Shown here in pieces: positions 56,208 to 64,000 of a stretch of 64,000 nt of DNA (position 1 is the first letter of the stretch; each line of letters opens with the position of its first letter). A program made the position numbers and the translations under genes. Source of the DNA: Bacteroidota bacterium (GTDB taxonomy: Bacteria > Bacteroidota > Bacteroidia > Cytophagales > Cyclobacteriaceae); contig JAFDZA010000015.1 in the NCBI GenBank assembly GCA_018267135.1, positions 29,402 to 93,401 of the forward strand, read 5' to 3'. Below the pieces are notes generated by a model, which worked only from the letters and a program-made list of their open reading frames with translations, ran no database searches and was not told where the DNA came from.

Positions 56208-58013
56208 TTAAGATACTTCTACTTTGGGCATCATTATTTCATACTCTTGGTGCAGTCGCTTTTCAGCCAGATCTATTCCATTTCTGATTCGGTTTTTAAG
56301 CTCATTTTTAAAGTCAACCCCAGCTATAAGTTCCCGGTAATAAAGTATGCCGTTCGAAATGTTTTGATATACATTTTGCACATATTTTACAGCCTTTTCA
56401 TCGAAAGTTTTGTGTGTCTTTTCAATAAGCTCTACGAGGTAGTCAATGTAGAGTGAAAGTTCCTTCACAAACATATTGGGACGCTTAGGGTCAGTAGGAA
56501 TGCCTACTTTCCCATAGATATGGTCGAGCATTTCCTTTAGTGAAACAATTTTTGAGAAGTAAGCAATATTAGGCCCCGGGCAAATATCTACCGATTCCAG
56601 TTTTTTAATGGGCTTCAGTTCATATTTTTTAATGGCTGCGTTGCTCAAACCGATGCAGAGACACTCTTTATCCAGTACGTCCTTTTTTTGCCGCTGAAAT
56701 TCTTCTTCGGGCAGGTTGAGCGAATGAAGCTGCTCCAATTTTTTCTTTTGATAGGTATGCGATGCCGTGCAAATAGGCTCGGTGGTAAATTCTGTGTTAG
56801 ACACTAAATATTTTTCGGTGCAAGGGCTTCCCGGTTTTCCTTTTTTTATACGTTCAAATTTTTCCAATTCGCCCGAGGTCCCTTTCAGGTAATGGAACCG
56901 AATACCCAGCGGTGAGTTTTTACTTAAAAAAACATCTTGTTCGGTAGCCCGGCTCAGCAGATTCAGAGTTGAGTCGTCAACGGTGGTTGCCTCGGGCACC
57001 AGTAAAAAGGGGGTTCCCCAGCCGGTGCTGTTTACCCCATAGTAGCTTCTCAGAAACTGATCTTCATCAGCTGTGCCTATGCCTCCCTGAACAGAGATAT
57101 GAATAGATGGGGCATAGGGCAATTGCCTTTTACCTTTTGTATGTAGTGCCTGATTGTACAGATTAAATAATTCACGGATTAACTCCTGACGTTTCAATTT
57201 GAATTCTTCCAAAATAGGCCCTATTAGATACCCATCGGTAGCAAAGGCATGCCCCCCGCAGTTTAAGCCGGATTCTATTCTAAACTCACTAACCCAAAGA
57301 CCCTTTTTGGCCAGCATTTTACCCTGCACATAGGCCGAACGGAAATCAGAAACTTTAATGATAATTTTTTTATCGAATACCCCGTTCGTGTCGGCATCAA
57401 ATGCCGAAAGTGTTTCCATGTAGTTGAACAGCCGAAGGTTTAGCCCGGCCGAGAGAACCACTGAAGAGTGGGAGAGGGTACTTTTAGCATATCCCCTAAG
57501 AGCGGTTACGGCATCGGACCCGTTTTCGATAACGTTTCCGTTGACATCTTTTGTATTCCGGTCCAGTTTAGTCATAATATTTACATCAATACTTCCGGCT
57601 ACGATTTGTCTGCGCAGCCACTGACTCAACTGTTCTTTTTTTTGGGGTTCAGTGGTGGTAGTCATTTGCCGGTAAACCCGATAAAGCCAACTGCTGCCCG
57701 GCTGCATTTCAAAATATTTATCTATTTCTAAACTTTCTCCGAACGGTTGTTTTTTAAGTTGCTCTATTTGCTCGGATACCATTCGCTGCACCAGATTTAA
57801 GTAATCCGTTATGCGTTTGGCCCGGTAATCTGCTTCTTTTGAAGAGATGGGGTAATAGTTTTCCTTTTTTAAGTGGTAATAATACCCTCTCATTTTTTCA
57901 ATAAGATTATCTTCGATAATTGACATTACCGATGAAATACCAAATCGAGCCACCTTTACGGGAGTGTCAATAGTGTAAGCCAGCCCCATTACCGGAATAT
58001 GAAACGAATGCAT
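56208..58013 (-). CDS. Uncharacterised protein with nitronate monooxygenase/FabK-like flavin-barrel motifs and a Cys-rich C-terminus
   Basis: ESGLNCGGHAF, VQGGIGT and GWGTPFL resemble EGxxAGGH, AGGI and GTRF; Cys in PCTEKYL, PICTAS, ECLCIGL, ICPGPN. Start ATG 58013. Confidence 0.6.
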   Translation of the reverse strand: MHSFHIPVMGLAYTIDTPVKVARFGISSVMSIIEDNLIEKMRGYYYHLKKENYYPISSKEADYRAKRITDYLNLVQRMVSEQIEQLKKQPFGESLEIDKYFEMQPGSSWLYRVYRQMTTTTEPQKKEQLSQWLRRQIVAGSIDVNIMTKLDRNTKDVNGNVIENGSDAVTALRGYAKSTLSHSSVVLSAGLNLRLFNYMETLSAFDADTNGVFDKKIIIKVSDFRSAYVQGKMLAKKGLWVSEFRIESGLNCGGHAFATDGYLIGPILEEFKLKRQELIRELFNLYNQALHTKGKRQLPYAPSIHISVQGGIGTADEDQFLRSYYGVNSTGWGTPFLLVPEATTVDDSTLNLLSRATEQDVFLSKNSPLGIRFHYLKGTSGELEKFERIKKGKPGSPCTEKYLVSNTEFTTEPICTASHTYQKKKLEQLHSLNLPEEEFQRQKKDVLDKECLCIGLSNAAIKKYELKPIKKLESVDICPGPNIAYFSKIVSLKEMLDHIYGKVGIPTDPKRPNMFVKELSLYIDYLVELIEKTHKTFDEKAVKYVQNVYQNISNGILYYRELIAGVDFKNELKNRIRNGIDLAEKRLHQEYEIMMPKVEVS

Positions 58014-58034
58014 TTTTTTATTTTTTTGAACATG

Positions 58035-58073
58035 CAAAGATACAATAAAAGATAATTTTATCCTTTATTTTTG
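58035..58073. promoter_or_regulatory. Divergent promoter pair flanking a putative Rrf2 operator (58045-58068)
   Basis: Minus -7 TATCTTTG (58035-58042), plus -7 TATTTTTG (58066-58073), palindrome ATAAAAGATA-ATTT-TATCCTTTAT. Confidence 0.72.
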
Positions 58074-58103
58074 CAAAAACAAAAACAGATTAAGATAAAG
58101 GAG

Positions 58104-58763
58104 ATGGAGAACAAACAAAATGGAGAGGTACTACAAACTACGAAAGAAGAGATAGCCAATACTGTAACTCATGGTTTGGCCATTGCTTTGAGCCTGGTAG
58201 GGGCCGTTTTTATCTATCATTGGCTAGCCGCTGATCCGGGTTCTGGTTGGCGAAAATGGTTTTCGGGCAGCGTTTACCTGTTATCGCTTATTATTTTATA
58301 TACAGCTTCTACTCTATACCATGCTGTAAATAACCTTAAATGGAAGCAATTCTTGCGCATAGGCGACCACAGTGCTATTTATATTAAAATAGCCGGTACC
58401 TACACTCCTTTCCTTCTTTTGGCATTTCCGTTAAGTAAAGGCTTGCCGTGGCTTGTGTTTTTATGGGTATTGGCCGGAGCCGGAATTGCCTTTAAAGTTT
58501 TTTTCACAAAGCGCTTTAGTGCCATTTCCGTGCTATTGTATTTGTTTATGGGCTGGACGGCCTTGTTTATGATTCACTCGCTGTACACGGCTGTTTCTTC
58601 TCCTGTATTTTGGTGCATCTTGGTGGGTGGACTTTTTTTCACATCCGGCTTACTTTTCTTTTTTGCTAAAAAAATACCTTATCATCATTCCATCTGGCAC
58701 CTATTCGTTATGACCGGCAGTGCGTTTCATTATGCCGGAATCTTTATGCTTTTTTTTAACTGA
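58104..58763 (+). CDS. Hemolysin III / PAQR (TrhA-like) membrane protein
   Basis: EEIANTVTHG, STLYH, DHSAIY, IAGTYTP, HSIWHLFV; AAGGAG just upstream of ATG 58104. Confidence 0.92.
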   Translation: MENKQNGEVLQTTKEEIANTVTHGLAIALSLVGAVFIYHWLAADPGSGWRKWFSGSVYLLSLIILYTASTLYHAVNNLKWKQFLRIGDHSAIYIKIAGTYTPFLLLAFPLSKGLPWLVFLWVLAGAGIAFKVFFTKRFSAISVLLYLFMGWTALFMIHSLYTAVSSPVFWCILVGGLFFTSGLLFFFAKKIPYHHSIWHLFVMTGSAFHYAGIFMLFFN

Positions 58764-58834
58764 TCGCACTCGATTGCAAAACTGATTTCTGTAAATTTTT
58801 TTACTTTATTTTCATCTTCGCCCTTTAAACAAAA

Positions 58835-58881
58835 ATAAAAGTATGTAAATACTTTTATTAAAGACAATCGCTGTATATTTG
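58835..58881 (+). promoter_or_regulatory. Perfect palindromic putative Rrf2 operator (58835-58858) and -7 element (58874-58881) of the ric operon
   Basis: ATAAAAGTAT-GTAA-ATACTTTTAT (perfect 10-4-10); TATATTTG. Confidence 0.78.
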
Positions 58882-58900
58882 TGCTGTTAAATAAAACACT

Positions 58901-59857
58901 ATGAATACCGCACAAGAAAATATTCTGAATGTAACCTTGCTGGAGCCCCGGATGAAGCATCCTACTATTTTCGCCTATTTCGACCGGCTAAACGGAAGCG
59001 AAACCCTAACCATTTTAAACGACCACGACCCCAAACCGTTGTATTATCAATTACTGGGTGAGAGGGGAAATATATTTAGCTGGGAATATGCCGAGCAGGG
59101 CCCCGAACAATGGCGTGTGCGAATTAGCAAACATAAAACAGGTGGCTCCGAAGAAACCCTGGGCCAATTGGCTACACACGATTTGCGCAAAGCGCAGGTT
59201 TTTAAAAAATACGGACTCGATTTTTGCTGCGGTGGAAAGAAAACTGTAAAACAAGCCTGTGCTGAAAAAGGCATTGATGTATCGGTAGTAGAAACCGAAC
59301 TGCAGCAAGCCGAACGGCAGGCAGCTCCCTCCACGCGTCCACTGGCTTACCATGAATGGAAGTTAGATTTTTTAGCCGACTACATCGTGCAGGTGCACCA
59401 TAGTTACATCAAAAAAAATTTACCTATTATTATAGACTTAACGCATAAAGTAATGGCACGACACGGCCATGCGCACACTGAGTTAGGCCGGGTGCATGAG
59501 TTGGTAGAAGCAATACGAGCCGAATTGCTTGAACATCTGCAAAAGGAAGAACAAATTATCTTCCCATTTATTAAGTCGCTCGCTTTGGCCTCCGGCTCTT
59601 CTAAGGAATTTTCGGCTCCGGCCGGTACGGTGCACACCCCGGTAAAGACGATGGAAAAAGAACATGAAAGGATAGGAAAATATTTAGAAGAGCTTCGTGC
59701 AGCAACTGATCAATACACCGCTCCGGCTGATGCTTGTGCTTCGTACAATATGCTGTATCGCTTGTTGGCAGAGTTTGAAGAAGATATGTTACAGCACATT
59801 CATCTGGAAAACAATATTCTTTTTCCTAAAGCGATAGAGATGGAGCAGACTGTTTAA
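58901..59857 (+). CDS. ric: Iron-sulfur cluster repair di-iron protein (Ric/YtfE/ScdA) with extra N-terminal DUF2249 domain
   Basis: NDHDPKPL (DUF2249), GLDFCCGG (ScdA_N), hemerythrin-like HH...H..KEE..FP...HIHLENNILFP. Confidence 0.92.
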   Translation: MNTAQENILNVTLLEPRMKHPTIFAYFDRLNGSETLTILNDHDPKPLYYQLLGERGNIFSWEYAEQGPEQWRVRISKHKTGGSEETLGQLATHDLRKAQVFKKYGLDFCCGGKKTVKQACAEKGIDVSVVETELQQAERQAAPSTRPLAYHEWKLDFLADYIVQVHHSYIKKNLPIIIDLTHKVMARHGHAHTELGRVHELVEAIRAELLEHLQKEEQIIFPFIKSLALASGSSKEFSAPAGTVHTPVKTMEKEHERIGKYLEELRAATDQYTAPADACASYNMLYRLLAEFEEDMLQHIHLENNILFPKAIEMEQTV

Positions 59858-59866
59858 CTTTGATGT

Positions 59867-60682
59867 ATGGCTACCATTAATGCGCGCACCAAAATAGCCG
59901 CGATACTCAAAGCAAACCCCGAAGCGCTGGAGGCAATCGTCAGTATTTCGCCTCACTTTAAAAAACTTCGCAATCCGGTGCTGAGAAAGATACTGGCTTC
60001 GCGTGCCACCCTGCAAATGGCCAGTAAGCTGGGAGGCTGCCGGGTAGAAGATTTTTTTGAAAAACTACGACCGCTCGGGTTTGAGATAGATGAGATGCCG
60101 TCCTCTCAGGAACACAAGAACGAAGGGCCACCTCCCGCTTTTATGAATGACCTGCGCCTAAAACAAATAACCGAACTGGACGTGCGCCCGGTAATGGAGG
60201 CCGGACAAGACCCCTTCAAAATAATTTCAGAAAAAATAAAACAACTGGAGCCGGGGCAGGTATTAAAACTTATCAATAGTTTTGAACCAGTGCCGTTGAT
60301 TGAATTGCTGGCTAAACAAGGTATTGAGAGCCATGTAGAGTTTGCAGACGAAAACTGTGTAGTTACGTATTTTAATAAAACATCCCGGTCGGTTCCTCAC
60401 AATGAAAAAGTGGCTATATCCAATCAATCAACCTGGAACGAGACACTTCACCGGTTTGAAGGAAAATTGCAATATGTGGATGTCCGCTCATTAGAAATGC
60501 CTTTGCCCATGTTCACTATTTTAGATGAACTAACAAAACTTCCCACGGGATATGCTTTGTTTGTTTATCATAAACGGGTGCCTGTATTTTTGCTGCCCGA
60601 ACTCCAGCAGAGAGGATTTAAGTATTTGATTTTGGATATCAGCGAAGCAGAAGTTCACCTGTTGATATTCCATTCGATATGA
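59867..60682 (+). CDS. DUF1858 + tandem DUF2249 domain protein
   Basis: N-terminal KIAAILK...FKKLRNP; LDVRPVMEAGQDPF and VDVRSLEMPLPM repeats. Confidence 0.75.
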   Translation: MATINARTKIAAILKANPEALEAIVSISPHFKKLRNPVLRKILASRATLQMASKLGGCRVEDFFEKLRPLGFEIDEMPSSQEHKNEGPPPAFMNDLRLKQITELDVRPVMEAGQDPFKIISEKIKQLEPGQVLKLINSFEPVPLIELLAKQGIESHVEFADENCVVTYFNKTSRSVPHNEKVAISNQSTWNETLHRFEGKLQYVDVRSLEMPLPMFTILDELTKLPTGYALFVYHKRVPVFLLPELQQRGFKYLILDISEAEVHLLIFHSI

Positions 60683-61944
60683 TCATGACCGATATTCCTG
60701 TTAAAACTACCCATGCACGAGTAATTATTCCTTTTTATGTATATGCCGGTATTAGTTTTTTAGCTGCATCCATCACCCTCCTGTTTTCTACCGAGGCTTT
60801 TCATAAACACTATTTTCATCCACATCTGTTGGCCATCACACATCTGATGGCTATTGGTTGGGGTACCATGATCATTATGGGAGCCAGCTACCAGTTGGTG
60901 CCGGTAGTGGCCGAGGGAAAACTGTATAGCGATAAACTGGCGTATGCTTCTTTTGTGTTGGCAGCCGTGGGGTTGCCTTTATTGGTTATTAGTTTTTTTG
61001 AATTTGATATGGGCTCACCGGCCAAGTGGGGTGGGCGTTTGCTGGCCCTCTCCGTTATCTGTTACCTCTTCAATATTGGCAAAACCATTGTGCGAGGAAA
61101 AAGTGAAAATGTGCATGCTACTTTTATTTTTACTGCGGTGGTTTGGCTTTTAATCACTTTCCTTTTTGGGTTGGCATTAGTTTATAATTTTACCTACCCG
61201 ATATTCCCGCATGATTCCATACACTATCTTCCGCTGCACGCCCATGCCGGAGTAGTGGGGTGGTTTTTGTTGCTTGTTATGGGGGTAGGCTCGCGCCTTA
61301 TTCCTATGTTTTTAATTTCGAAATACACTAATGCCCGTTTGTTATGGATCATTTATTATTGCCTTAACGGAGCATTGATCAGCTATATATTCATTTTTTA
61401 TTTTGCCGAAACAAAAGTACTTATTTTCGGCCCCGGGGTATTGCTGCTGTTGTCCATAGTTTTATTTGTGGTGTATTGTTTACGTGCCTACCATGCGCGA
61501 TTACGCAAACAAGTAGATGCCCAGATGAACGTTTCTATGCTTTCGGTGTGGATGATGGGCATTCCGGTTATCCTGTTATTTGCTATCATCGTATCGGTAA
61601 TCGTTACCAAACAGGAGAACATCTCTCTAGTTTTAGCCTATGGGTTTATGATTTTTTTCGGATGGATTACGGCCATCATTCTTGGTATGACATTTAAAAC
61701 CTTACCCTTTATAGTGTGGAACCAAATTCGTCATCGCTATACGCCCGAAAAATTACCCAGCCCCAAAGATCTGGTTCATTCATTTTTATTTCGAATGATG
61801 TCTGTCTGCTATCTGGCCGGATTTATTTTGTTTGCTGTCGGTATACTCTGGCCCTACTCATTACTGCTGCCGGGAGGAGCTTGCTTGTTAGTATTCGCAG
61901 CCGTTTTTTATAATTTAAACGTGTTGAAAATTGTTACGCATTAA
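60679..61944 (+). CDS. 12-TM membrane protein, NnrS/heme-copper oxidase subunit I-like
   Basis: Three-fold internal repeat ending YQLVPV, SRLIPMF, FKTLPF; intramembrane His in THLMAIGW and LHAHAG. Confidence 0.6.
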   Translation: MIMTDIPVKTTHARVIIPFYVYAGISFLAASITLLFSTEAFHKHYFHPHLLAITHLMAIGWGTMIIMGASYQLVPVVAEGKLYSDKLAYASFVLAAVGLPLLVISFFEFDMGSPAKWGGRLLALSVICYLFNIGKTIVRGKSENVHATFIFTAVVWLLITFLFGLALVYNFTYPIFPHDSIHYLPLHAHAGVVGWFLLLVMGVGSRLIPMFLISKYTNARLLWIIYYCLNGALISYIFIFYFAETKVLIFGPGVLLLLSIVLFVVYCLRAYHARLRKQVDAQMNVSMLSVWMMGIPVILLFAIIVSVIVTKQENISLVLAYGFMIFFGWITAIILGMTFKTLPFIVWNQIRHRYTPEKLPSPKDLVHSFLFRMMSVCYLAGFILFAVGILWPYSLLLPGGACLLVFAAVFYNLNVLKIVTH

Positions 61945-61955
61945 CAGAATGTAGG

Positions 61956-62276
61956 ATGGTACAAACAAACAACGAAGTGGAGTGCGAGCGGGCATTGGCT
62001 CCGCTTTATCAAGTTAATGATCCGGAAATAGGATTGAACGTAGTGGACTTAGGACTTATATATGAAATACAATTTGAGGAAGCTATAAAAAAGATAACCT
62101 GCCGGATGACCGTAACTTCGCAGGCATGCCCCATGACGGAGGCCATTACCGATGGCGTGCACCAGGCACTGCATTCGGTTTTTCCCGATGATGAAATTGA
62201 AATCCGTCTTACCTTTGAGCCTCCCTGGAGCCAAGATATGATTACCGAACAAGGCCGTATTTTTTTAAGCCAATAA
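61956..62276 (+). CDS. DUF59 / SufT-like metal-sulfur cluster assembly factor
   Basis: DPEIGLNVVDLGLIY, MTVTSQACP, LTFEPPWS. Confidence 0.9.
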   Translation: MVQTNNEVECERALAPLYQVNDPEIGLNVVDLGLIYEIQFEEAIKKITCRMTVTSQACPMTEAITDGVHQALHSVFPDDEIEIRLTFEPPWSQDMITEQGRIFLSQ

Positions 62277-62280
62277 ATTG

Positions 62281-62715
62281 ATGTTAAGCCTGAGTTGTAA
62301 AGCTTCTATTAAAGCCGTTGTGTATTTAGGCTCGAAGCTGAAACCCGATGAGCGAGCCGGCATTAAATCGGTGGCCCGGTTCATTAATGAAAATGAACAT
62401 ACCGTAGGGAAGATACTACAAAAGATGGTAAAGGCTAATATTATCCACAGCACCAAAGGCCCCAACGGAGGATTTTATATTTCTGCCAAGCAAAAAAGAA
62501 TACCGGTTATGGCCATCGTTCATGCCATTGATGGCCAAGGCGTATTTAATCAGTGCGGGCTGGGCTTTAGTAAATGCAGCGACTCGCACCCATGCCCGCT
62601 TCATACCGATTTTAAACCCGTGCGCGAACAGTTTAAAGAGATGTGCAGCAACAGCACGATAGAAACCCTTTGCTCTCGGGTAGATCAGGGAATCGCTATC
62701 TTAATGAGAAAGTAA
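62281..62715 (+). CDS. Rrf2-family transcriptional regulator (three Cys), second copy
   Basis: STKGPNGGF, CGLGFSKCSDSHPCPLH. Confidence 0.92.
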   Translation: MLSLSCKASIKAVVYLGSKLKPDERAGIKSVARFINENEHTVGKILQKMVKANIIHSTKGPNGGFYISAKQKRIPVMAIVHAIDGQGVFNQCGLGFSKCSDSHPCPLHTDFKPVREQFKEMCSNSTIETLCSRVDQGIAILMRK

Positions 62716-62901
62716 CGCAGGCTTAACCTTTACAATATTCAATATTTTTTGATCGCAAAATTTTGTGAATGAAGCTGGCGACCGGCTGAGCTCCACAAAT
62801 GCATCAAGGCCATTAAAATTGCAATCCACTTTTCAGACAATATTTTCTGCCTCCTACGTGTCCCTTTTTACATCTCGGCTGGCTTTTTCTATTTTTGCAG
62901 G

Positions 62902-63660
62902 ATGCAGTTCCATTTGCCACCGGGTAAAAAAATTTATTTTGCTTCCGATTTTCACCTGGGCGCGCCCGATGCGGCTTCAAGTTTAGAGCGAGAAAAAAAA
63001 GTAGTGGCTTGGCTGGATCAGATAAAGCAGGATGCACATGCTGTTTTTCTACTGGGCGATATTTTTGATTTTTGGTTTGAATACCGGCAGGCTGTTCCTA
63101 AAGGGTTTATCCGATTTCAGGGAAAACTGGCCGAGCTGCGCGATCGCCACATCCTTATTTATTTCTTTACCGGCAACCACGACATGTGGCTGTTTGATTA
63201 TTTTACTAAAGAATTAGGTATTGAAATTTTTCGCCACCCCGTTACAATAACGGTTGATAACTTGAAACTATTGGTAGGCCATGGTGATGGTCTGGGCGAC
63301 CCCAGCTTTTCGTATCATATTTTGAAGTGGTTCTTTAATAGTAAAATTTGCCAATGGCTATTTGCGCGGATACACCCCAACCTGGGCATTGGCATCGCTA
63401 AATTTTGGAGCCGCAGAAGCCGTGTGGCCAATACCCGTAAAGAAGAAAAATTCAGAGGAGAAGAAAAGGAATATCTATTGGTGTATTGTAAAAAATTAGA
63501 ACAACAAACTCATCACGATTTTTATATTTTCGGTCACCGTCATCTGCCACTCGATCTGAAAGTAACTGACCACAGCCGGTATATTAATTTAGGCGAGTGG
63601 GTTCATTTCAGCCCCTATTTTGAAATAGCCGATGGCCAGGCTGAACTTAAATCGTTTTAA
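62902..63660 (+). CDS. lpxH: UDP-2,3-diacylglucosamine diphosphatase
   Basis: SDFHLG, LGDIFDFW, GNHD, HGD, FGHRH, NLGEW metallophosphoesterase motifs. Confidence 0.9.
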   Translation: MQFHLPPGKKIYFASDFHLGAPDAASSLEREKKVVAWLDQIKQDAHAVFLLGDIFDFWFEYRQAVPKGFIRFQGKLAELRDRHILIYFFTGNHDMWLFDYFTKELGIEIFRHPVTITVDNLKLLVGHGDGLGDPSFSYHILKWFFNSKICQWLFARIHPNLGIGIAKFWSRRSRVANTRKEEKFRGEEKEYLLVYCKKLEQQTHHDFYIFGHRHLPLDLKVTDHSRYINLGEWVHFSPYFEIADGQAELKSF

Positions 63661-63664
63661 CTCT

Positions 63665-64000
63665 ATGCCCCGGTATTTTGCACTAATCCTTTCACTTTTA
63701 TTTTTTCTAAACGCCCCGGCACAAGCCATAAAAAAGTTCGGTGAATTTAAAACCGATAAGATTGAAAACGCAACGGTTGACAGGCTGGGTAATTTATTCT
63801 TAGAATTTTCAAACGGACAAATCAAAAAGTATGATCCGAACGGAAAGGTACTGGCCCGGTTAAAATCTAAATCGCTGCCCACACTTTTAGAGCCTTGGTT
63901 TCACCCTAAAATTTTTGCTTACTATAAAGAAGGCCAGCGAATAGTTAATTTTAACCGCAATTTTGAGATAACAGACGAAGATAAACTCGATCCCTCGGTG
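63665..64000 (+). CDS. Hypothetical exported protein (partial, runs off the window end)
   Basis: Not in the ORF track; open from ATG 63665 (MPRYFALILSLLFFLNAPAQ...ATVDRLGNLF...KKYDPNG) to the end; signal-peptide-like start. Confidence 0.7.
   Translation, partial: MPRYFALILSLLFFLNAPAQAIKKFGEFKTDKIENATVDRLGNLFLEFSNGQIKKYDPNGKVLARLKSKSLPTLLEPWFHPKIFAYYKEGQRIVNFNRNFEITDEDKLDPSV

Noticed and set aside
58104-58763. Hemolysin as a virulence factor
   Set aside because: The name is a family label; PAQR/TrhA proteins are widespread membrane proteins and nothing here indicates a toxin.
38534-62715. The island as a mobile element
   Set aside because: No integrase, transposase, tRNA or terminal repeats seen; composition shift could not be computed.
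127-63882. The many 60-210 aa ORFs overlapping long genes (e.g. 14526-15029, 25516-26148, 33143-33568, 52554-52994)
   Set aside because: They lie antisense or out of frame within well-supported genes and show no recognisable motifs; treated as shadow ORFs.

Overview
64 kb of a Bacteroidota chromosome (Cytophagales-like, judged from SusC/SusD, type IX secretion tails and TAnnTTTG promoter elements). I found no rRNA, tRNA, CRISPR array or mobile element. Left (0.7-22.4 kb): a SusC/SusD polysaccharide-utilisation locus for alpha-glucosides, with two GH65 enzymes (one hydrolase-type, one phosphorylase-type), beta-phosphoglucomutase, a PfkB kinase, two ASPIC/UnbV-VCBS lipoproteins and a vanadium haloperoxidase-family gene. 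Middle (22.5-38.3 kb): a PorU-like C25 protein, slyD, a two-component system with a heavy-metal RND pump, and a serine hydrolase/D-aminoacylase fusion. Right (38.5-62.7 kb): a nitrogen-oxide/anoxia island, which is the most interesting part. It holds a clade II nos cluster, a class II ribonucleotide reductase, a qNor variant with the H->N, E->Q and D->G changes described for putative NO dismutases (Nod), a second atypical NorC/NorB-like pair lacking one FeB histidine and with a Met at a heme-ligand position, a probable spt-bCerS-cerR ceramide operon, an uncharacterised flavoprotein-like gene, a PAQR membrane protein, a ric/DUF2249/NnrS-like/DUF59 operon and two Rrf2 regulators. A 24-bp palindrome (ATAAAAGWYW-N4-WRWCYTTTAT) recurs at four promoters in this island, suggesting one Rrf2 regulon linking NO handling to membrane-lipid synthesis. 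All functional calls come from motif reading only; no searches were run.
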